The position numbers and the translations under genes are program-made. Shown piece by piece: positions 52,237 to 61,200 of a DNA stretch of 64,000 nucleotides (position 1 is the first letter of the stretch; every line of letters starts with the position of its first letter). The DNA comes from an uncultured Lentisphaerales bacterium. Lineage in GTDB: Bacteria > Verrucomicrobiota > Lentisphaeria > JABSQK01 > UBA12247. The notes beneath the pieces are model-generated. The model saw only the letters and a program-made list of their open reading frames with translations. It was not told the DNA's origin and made no database searches. Location of the stretch: NCBI GenBank assembly GCA_943788985.1, contig CALSSJ010000018.1, forward strand, positions 64,001-128,000, in the 5' to 3' direction.

Positions 52237-55200
52237 CTACCAACTGAGAGTAGCAGGCTGCTCGACGTAAATCCAGTAGCCCTTGCCTTCTTCCAGCACG
52301 TCCACTGTTTCGTGCCGATCGCCATTCTGCGCACGGGCGACTGCCCCTGCGGGAACAGCTTGCGTGGCCCCGACCCCGACGACATTCCAGCCGGGATCCA
52401 GTGAGACTGATCCGGAGGACCGCTCACCGAGTAGAGTGACGCTGGTTGCGTTTCCTGAGTGAAAGACCAAGTATCCACTGCCCACTTCGATCGTATCAGT
52501 CTGAGCCCAGTCATCGTCGATGAGAGCCATGACTTGATTCGCGGTTGGGAAGACCAGTGATGCCGCGGGTTGCAAGGGCGTCAGCGGCACGCTGACCAAG
52601 TTCCAGCCTGGGTTGAGCAGGATGGTGGCGGACTCCACTACCGCTTCACTGCTACCGCCTTGCCGCATCGTTCCCGTAAGCATAGTGCTGGTCTCGAAAG
52701 ATCGGAAGCTGGCGCCATCAGCAGAACGAATTGGTCTTGGACCATTCGGGTTGGGCTTCACCGTCGTGAGTCCTACCGCGATACTGGAAGAGCGAACGTC
52801 GACGGCACGAATGTTGAAGACGCTCGCACTGGACCAAGAGCCAATGAGATCTGCATCCAAGTCCTCACTGAAGGTAAAGAGGTCGTCCACGATCTTCGTT
52901 TGCCACAGATTGCCGGCAGCCGGGGGCGTATTTGTTGGCGAGTCAAACGTGATCTCCAAGGAATCGCCATCACTCAGCACACCATCGTTGTTGCCATCTG
53001 AGACAAAGCTGGTGATTCTGGGGGTAGCCGTCGGGTTGGGAATGGTGGCGATGGCGTCCTGCAGAGTCCCAAACAGGATGCTGCCACGAACGCGGAGTGG
53101 GTAGCCGGGGCCTGTCGGTGGCGTGTAGCTGTGCAAGGGGGCACCACCGTTCACAGACACGGTATAGGTGGTCCCGTCCAACGCGACGGTAATCTCATCG
53201 CCCACAGCGTAGGTACCGATGTGTCTGGTGTAGCGTCCTGGCGGGGTGTGGTAGGTATGCAGGGTGTCACCGCGCTCGAGTGTAACGCCAAATTCCAGAG
53301 TGGTTACCTCATGGTAGGGCCCGATCACGACATTGGTCTGTGAGGTAAACCCAATGGCCCTAATCTCATCGGTCGCGTTGGCAGTGATGGTCACGGACGC
53401 ACTGCCAGCCGCAAGAATGGAGCTGCTGTGTGCACCGGCCTTCCAGAGATCATCGCCCAGAGCGAATGTTTCGCGCGTAAGAGTGTGCCCATAGATCGTG
53501 GCATCCACCGCGTCAACCCACGCCACCCGGTTGAGTATGCCGAAGGTGCCTTCGAGCACGGGAGAGGCGCTGTCGGCTGGGCTTCCGGGATCGACTGCGT
53601 CGAGGATCGGCCGGGTTCCAGCAGGCTTGACCCGAAGCTTTCCAATCTCAATACCTGCCGCGTTGGTGACATCTGCAATCTCAATCTGGAAGGTGTGGGC
53701 GTTGATCCAACGACCATTGTACGACGCCCCAAAATTCTGAAGGCCGCCATTGAAGAGGTTCTCGATGGTGAACAACTCGTCTACCCCAGCCTGACCGACA
53801 TAGTTGCCGCCATGCCCGCCACGATCTGTATCCGTGCCGAAGGTGATCTGAAAATAGTCGCCCGCGGAATAGGTATCGTCTTGGTGGTCAAAATCCCCGG
53901 CGATGAAGCTGGAAATTACCGGCCGCTTGGTCCAACTGATGCGCGTGTTATACAGCACGGCGCCTTGCGTCGCCAGATTCGCGCACGCCAAGACCGGGTA
54001 CACGTCATTCGTGACGGCCCGGGGCGATGTATAGAGGCGGATACCGTTCAAGGTAATAATGCGCAGTCCACCGCTGTATTCCATACGAATGACGTCATCT
54101 GGTGACACGACTGCGAGTGGCTGGCTGACCGTGATCCCGTTGTCGACGGGTAGCAGGTGGCTTGTAGCGTTGGTGATGCGCACGCCAAACTCGTAGCCTT
54201 CGATTACGATGTTTCCATGCTGATTGATCGCGCGGAGGCTTCGAGGCTGGACAAATCCAACCACCAGTGAATGATCAGAGTTCCCAACTGTAAACTGGAC
54301 GAAACCATCACCGGCGCTGAGGCTTGAGGAAGAACAACCTAACGGGTCCCATTCATTGGCGCTAGCGCTGCCTACCAAGCTGTTGTCTGCGTCTACGACT
54401 GCCTCACGCACGCCATCCCAAACAATCGGAACGCCGTTCTCGTCTTTCGCAAACAAGCCCTGAAGTACGGCGAAGCCGTTCGCCTGTGGACTGAAATTTG
54501 TAGGCCCTTCCTGCTTGATCGGCAGGGTTCCTGCTGCGGTGACTGTGGTGACTCCCGACTCAAGCGTTGCATCCTCATCATCGGTCACACTAATTACGTA
54601 CGTAGTAGAGTTTGTCCAACCGGCCTGGTATGCGTCGCCGATATCTGCATCAAACGTCCACAACTGATTAACAACGCTGCTGCCGTGCGGTCCGCTCCCA
54701 CCTGGCTGGTCACAGGCTCGGGTCATGGTGATCGTCAGCAGATAGTCAATGCCAGCAAGGCCCGGATCGCTCTGGATCAGGCTGCGTGGCTCAGGCGGCG
54801 ACGAGATAATGGCATTGGAAACAGTCTGCGCCTCGGTTTTATGGATGTAGGCATCGACATAGAACGGCAGGTCGCGTTCTACGGCTACCGCAGAGCGCTG
54901 GCTTGTGTAGCGTACAGTATCGTTCACAAGATACTGCACCTGTTGCGTACGGGTGAGGGCTACCCGAATCTCATCTCCATCGTTCCAGGTTCCGAAGGTA
55001 CCGACGAGTCCCTGATCCTCCCAGACTTGGAACAATCCGCTGCCGGCGAGTTGGGCACCATAGAGAATGTCGGTCTTGAGGACGCCAGTATCCGCGCGGG
55101 TAAAGCCGAAGATCCGGTTACCGCTGCGTGAGGTAGCGATGAACTCGATGTAGGCGTCGGCCCGCGTGCCTCGGGCAATGCACTGTTGCGAGATCGCACC

Positions 55201-58200
55201 GGTGGCACCTCCGAACGGACTGGTTCGAGCGAGGGTATTACCAGTGGCCGTACCGTTGATGATGTTCGTCCAGACGATTGCTTCACCCAGATTGTGGTAC
55301 ACGCCATAGTCGCCGGTTGTCAGCGGGCTCGGGGTCACCCAGCCTTCGAGTGCGGCGTACCCGGCGGGCGGGATTGCCGTCGTGCCTGGATGCAGGCGGA
55401 CATCGCCAATCTCCGGCGCGCTATTCCCCTGGCTGTTGAGGATGGTCATGACAAAGATGCTCGTGGAGGTCCAGCGACCGGACAGGTCATTGCCGAAAAC
55501 TTCGACAGTATCGTCAGCACTCTTAAAGGTAAACAACCCATTTATGTCGTTGTTGGGCTGGTCTACGAGACCACCGGGCGTTGTCGTAGCCTTGTTAAAC
55601 AGGACGGTGATTTCGTCGCCAACGCTTAGGAGGTTTGCCACGCCGTCAGCATCATCTGGGTCGTCGATGGTGACAGAGGTAATTTCAGGCGGGATCGCTA
55701 AAGCGGGATTGTTGATGCGGACTTCGGTAATCTCACCACTCGCGGTGAAGATCATGGCGTAAACTTCCAGCGGATAGGCTGCTTCGTCCAACTGCTCTGT
55801 AAACCGAACTTCGTCGTTGACCTCAAACGTCACCGCACCGGAGGCAATCCTAATGCGAACGACATCATCATGGCGAACGGTGCCAAATGCACCACGACCT
55901 AGTCCGCGGATCTTGGGCACGAACAAAAGGTGACGCTCGGAAAAGTCTAGGCTGTACGTGAATGCGGGCTGGCCCACGGTCCGAAAGCCGATGTGGAATA
56001 GCTGATCAGTGTCCGCGATGCGGAATTCCAGGAACGTGTCACCACTCAGGATCACCTGTGAGCTGTCACCCTCGGCGTCGAAAAGGTCGGCGGTCCCAGT
56101 CTTGCGAATGGTTCCGTTTCCGCCATCCACAGCGTTTGTCAGGTTCTCCCACGTGACGGGAACGCCGGGCTCTTTAAAGATCCCAAAATCGCCAATGAGA
56201 GTGACATCACCATAGGCTGGTGTTGCGTGCCCGCTGGTGTTTGCAGCATTGAGGATAGGCGTGTTACCAGCGACGGCGAACTTTGTGGAATCCAGAACTA
56301 GCTGATTTCCGGTGATGTCCTGAAGTGTGATCGAAAAGACCGATGCATTGGTCCATGACCCGGTGTAGTCTGCGCCTAGCACGTTCCCGGCCCGGGCTCC
56401 GTCGGTAAACGAGGTAAACAGCTGATCTATTGCTGGTCGAAGCTGAACACTGTTGAGTCCACCTGGCGTGTTGGTCCCCTCGCTCATGCGCAATGAAATG
56501 GTATCCTCGGCGTCGACGGAGCCGTCATCATCACTGTCATCGTTTGCCGTCGCCGCGACGAGCGTGGGCGGATACAAAAGTAGCTCGGAGTCGTAGCGAA
56601 CGTTGGACAGGGTGCCATTCTGGATGGACGCCCCTACATAGAGCGGACGCTCGGTGATTGGGAGGGCCACTTCTGATGTATGGAAGATAGTGTCATTGCG
56701 CAGGTAGTGGACTGCTGTTCCCCGCACTTGGATGCAGAACACGTCTCCAGCCACATGGAGCCCCTCGTAAGGCCCGCTTGGCGGAATTGTCACGATCAGC
56801 TCGGGCGCGACGCGCTCTCGAATCCAATATTGACTCTGCCCGACTGTAATCGCAAACATGATCTGGTCCGGGTGTGAGACGTCATCGGTATTGGTGATGC
56901 CTAGGATCGCTGCTGCCAGAGAATCGTCTGTGCGACCATTGACCTCAAAGTCATCTTCCACCGTGAAGGCAATCGTAAAATCCCCCTCGCGGAAGACTTC
57001 GCTCGAAGTGGCACCTGAGAGAACGTTCGGCACTACATCCGCAGCGCTCACATCACTGTTATTGGGCCCGCCAGTGACCATCTGGCGCAGGTTGGTCCAG
57101 GTAACTGGGACAGTGCTCGGTTTGGTCGTACCGAAGCGTCCTGTCAGCGGTGGGCTGACCTCATTCGCCACAGCGCTGGTATCCGTAGCATCACGAATCC
57201 CGATGCCGCCGAGATTGGGCGTTACAGTGGTGGAGCCGATGGCAACCGCAGCCCCGCTAGTGTCTGAGACTGTGGCGCAATAGATGCTTGAGTTAAGCCA
57301 CGCGCCAGTGAGGGATCCCACCGAGTCACTGAACTGGAAGAGCTGCGCGGCTGTGCCCGCAGGCCGGCTAGTGGCCTTATTAAAGGTGATCGTAAACTTG
57401 TCCCCAATTGAGAAGAAGTTGTCACTCTCATCGGGATCCTGAATATTGAAGCCGGTAATGTACGGGCTGGCTGGCACTTCTGGACAGGTAAGCACGTTCG
57501 AGAGAGTTGCGCCATCCTGTTGCAGACCCGCCTCTATGCGGAAGGGGTAATCGTCCCGCGATACCGGACGGCCGGATGTCGCGAAGACTGTGCCGTTCAA
57601 TTTGTAGACGACAGTGGAGCCCACTATGGCCACTTCAACCTCGTCGCCGGCCTGATAAGTCACCGTGTTCCCCTTGAACTCCAGGATCCCATCGCGGAGT
57701 GTGTTCAGATAGCCACCGCTGCGAATCCAAACCCCGTAGATGAACTCGTCGATGCGGTTATCTCGGTTGTAGACGTCGCCGAATCCCAAAAGTCGGTCGG
57801 TGTCTGTCTCGATGATAGTAGTCCGCACAAAGCAGTCGTCGCCCGCAATTTCCTGCACTGATATGGCGGCTCCCGTCCAGCCAAAATGCGGCTCCTTGCG
57901 GATATCATGGATAAGCTCACTGCCCGACGGATTCGTGACATTTATCAGATCGGTCCAGATCACGCCGACGGTGTCACCAGTTCCAGCCGCCTGCACAATA
58001 ATGGTGAGCAGACTGCTATCAGTGGTTGTGCCATCACTGACAACCACGTAGACCGTATAAGTTTGTGCGTCTCCAGCCTGCGGCGCCCATTCGAAGGCAC
58101 CACCCGCTGTAATTGTCGGCGATGTTGCACTTGGTGCAGAAGGAGCGAAAGTGCTCAGGCTGAAGACCAACGTATCGGTTGGATCATCACTGTCCGTGGC

Positions 58201-61200
58201 GTTCGCCGCAAAATTCAGAGATGTTCCTTCGTTCACGTACTTCGGCGTACCGATATTGGACAAGATTGGCGCGCTGTTCACGTCACCGACTGTGATTGCG
58301 ATCGTCTCGTCGTCGGTAGCCCCTTCCGAGTCGGTTACTGTCACAGTCATGTTGTAGACATTTCCGCCCTGCGCCTCGGTCGGTGTCCAGCTGAATGCGC
58401 CGGTGGTCGGATCGATCTTTGCCTCCAGCGCCGTAGATGCCGCATCAAGACGGAAAGTAAGCGCTTGTGCCGGAAGGTCCGGATCGGCGGCAGTGGCAGT
58501 AAAGGACAACTCGGTAGTTTCGTCTACGGCCTGGGGTCCAATCGCGCTGAGGACGGGGGCCTCATTTACCTCAAACACGGTCACAGTGACGGTGATGATC
58601 GTCGTCTGGGCCTGGTCATCCGTGATCTGAATGGTCAGGCTGAAGTCCTGCGTGCCCTCATAGAAAGCCAGCGGCTGTGCGGCCGTCAGGGTGCCAGCAC
58701 TATCGATCGAGAATGCACTGCCAGTATTTCCGGCGATGAACTGGAAGGAGCTGATGCTGCGCTCATCACTGGCCTGAACAATACCAAGCGGGTTAAAAGC
58801 GCCCGAAATTGCGTCTTCGAACGCAGTGAAGGCCTGGTCGGCTGCAATTGGCGGTTCTAGCAAGTCCAGCAGGGAGATAGTCACGTCTGCAGTGTCAGTG
58901 AGGCCGCCGGCGTCCGTCGCCAGCAGGCGCAGCGTGTAGGTGGTGGTGGACTCGAAATCCAGAAGCGCGGAGTCGGCGACTGAGAAGACAAAAGTCGTTG
59001 GATCAAGGATGAACGCGCCGCCGGCATTGCCGCTGGATACCGTGAGCACAAAGCTATCATTCGCATCCGGATCGCTCGCCACTGTGGTACCGAAAATAGT
59101 GCCAGTGGCCTGATTTTCGTTGAGCGTGAACGCTTGATCAGCGACGCTTGGGGCCTCGTTGGCATCCGTGAGGGTGATGGTCAGGAGAGCTGTATCAGAC
59201 AAAATGCTGTCGCTGACGCGAGCGTTTAGCGTAAAGCTCGACGACACCTCGAAGTCCAGTGCAGTCGCAGTTTGAACCCGCAGGTAAGCGGTCCTTGAGT
59301 CGCCAGTAGCATAGTCCAAAGTGAATGGCGTGGTATTGGGGTCAAAGATGAAACTGAGCGTATCCGCGGCGTCCTGATCCGATGCGTCCACAGTGCCCAC
59401 GATCGTGCCATTCGCAGAGTTCTCGGTGACCGTGAAGGACTGGTCTGCGAACACTGGCGGATCGTTTGCATCTAGGATTTGGATACAGATCTCGCCTTCG
59501 TCCAGATTCTCAAAGTAGACGGCACCCGCGTCCTCATCTGCGATCGCAGGCAGGTTACTGTTATTGGCAAAAGGTGCTGAGACGATCAGCTCGCTGCCCT
59601 GCAGATCCAAGGCTGCCCCATAGGCATCCCCGGTTTCAGCGTCGCCAGCTTGTTCTACAGATTCGGGAAGCCATTCGCCATCGCGGCGCTCGAAGATAAA
59701 CACTGCACCAGAGTCCGTGGCGCCGGAATCGTGGCCAGTTGCACCGACCGCTACGATGTCGCCAGAGATCGCTACATCGCCCCCGAAGCGGTCGCCAGCG
59801 GCAACACCCGCTCCGGCAAGTGTTTGCTGTAGATTCCACTCACCCTCCTCCAGTTCAAAGATATAGGCACTGCCAGCATCCGCACCGGTACTGTCTGCTG
59901 TCGGGGCGCCAGCGACCACGATGTCGCCTTCGATTGCCACGGACGCACCCATTGCGTCACTTGCCTCACCGTCTGAAGCCACCAGCTTTGCTTCCTCACT
60001 CCAGCGACCACCGGTCAGCTCAAATACATATACTGCGCCAGCATTGGCGCTGGCCTGATCGTCGCCGGACGCCCCGACCGCGATCCGGGTACCGTCAATA
60101 TCAACGCTGATACCAAAATAATCTGCGGGGTTGAAGTCAGTAGCGAACAGGACCTGCGTAAGGTCCCAGTTAGCCCCGGTCCGGTCGAAAACCATGACCG
60201 CACCGACGTTATTGACCAGATCGCCATCAAAAACTGGGACGCCGACCACTGCCGTATCGCCATCCAGTGCCACGGATGTGCCGAAGAAGTCACCACCCTC
60301 ACGCACACTCGCGGTCAAACGAGCCTGCTGGATCCAGGAGTCGCCGTCCTTGACGTACACGTATGCCGCACCACGCTGGCCGTCGTGGTTCTCAGCCCCC
60401 ACAAGGACGGTTCCATTGCTGACTGCTACGGAGACACCGAAGTGGTCGAGCGCTTCGCCATCACTAGCGACAACCTTCGCTTCCTGACGCCAGCCAAAGT
60501 TGTCGCGCCGGAAAATGTAGGCTGCACCTGCTTCGCTCCCATTGTCATCATCCCGTTGGGCGCCGACGACCACTAGATCACCGTGAATGGCCACCGAAGT
60601 GCCGAAGAGCTGCTCGAAGAGTTCATCGCAGGGTACGAGCGTCTGCTCAATATAGCTGGGATTGTTCTCTGCCGATCCGTCAGTCGCGAGCACCGCCAGT
60701 TTCAGTAGATCCGCTGCCTCATGATCGATGAGCGTATCATCAAGAACGCGGACAACTCCGTTTGCATCGATCTCAAATGCGCCTGCGCCAGACCCACCCG
60801 CGACGCCACCGCGGAGCGCATAACTCAGCGTGCTGTGATCGGGATCCGGATCGATCCCAACGACCGTCCCGACAATGGTTCCGATGGCCGCGTTCTCGGC
60901 CACGGTGAAGGTATGCGCAGCAACCTGCGGGATCGTCCCGATGCTGGTCGAAATGACGGTAGTGTCAGTATCGACAGCCGTCGCGATGCCGTCGTCCAAG
61001 GTGACAGTGAGCGTGCTGACCTCCGTTTGGGTAACGTCCACTCTATCCTCGGCTGGGTCAAACGTCAGAGTCTGCAGCAATTCGCCAATCGCATCGCGAT
61101 TTCCTGAGGCCGTGTACGTCCCGGTATCGACTCCGGTTTCGATCAGATGCTGCCAGTTTGTCGTCAGAATCATGGCTCGGACGGGGTCGCCGCCATTGTT

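Noticed and set aside
56995..57045. SGAT in the giant protein as an ApbE flavinylation site
   Set aside because: Aligns with the GA.S strand of the domain-A repeat in other copies; no FMN-binding domain context
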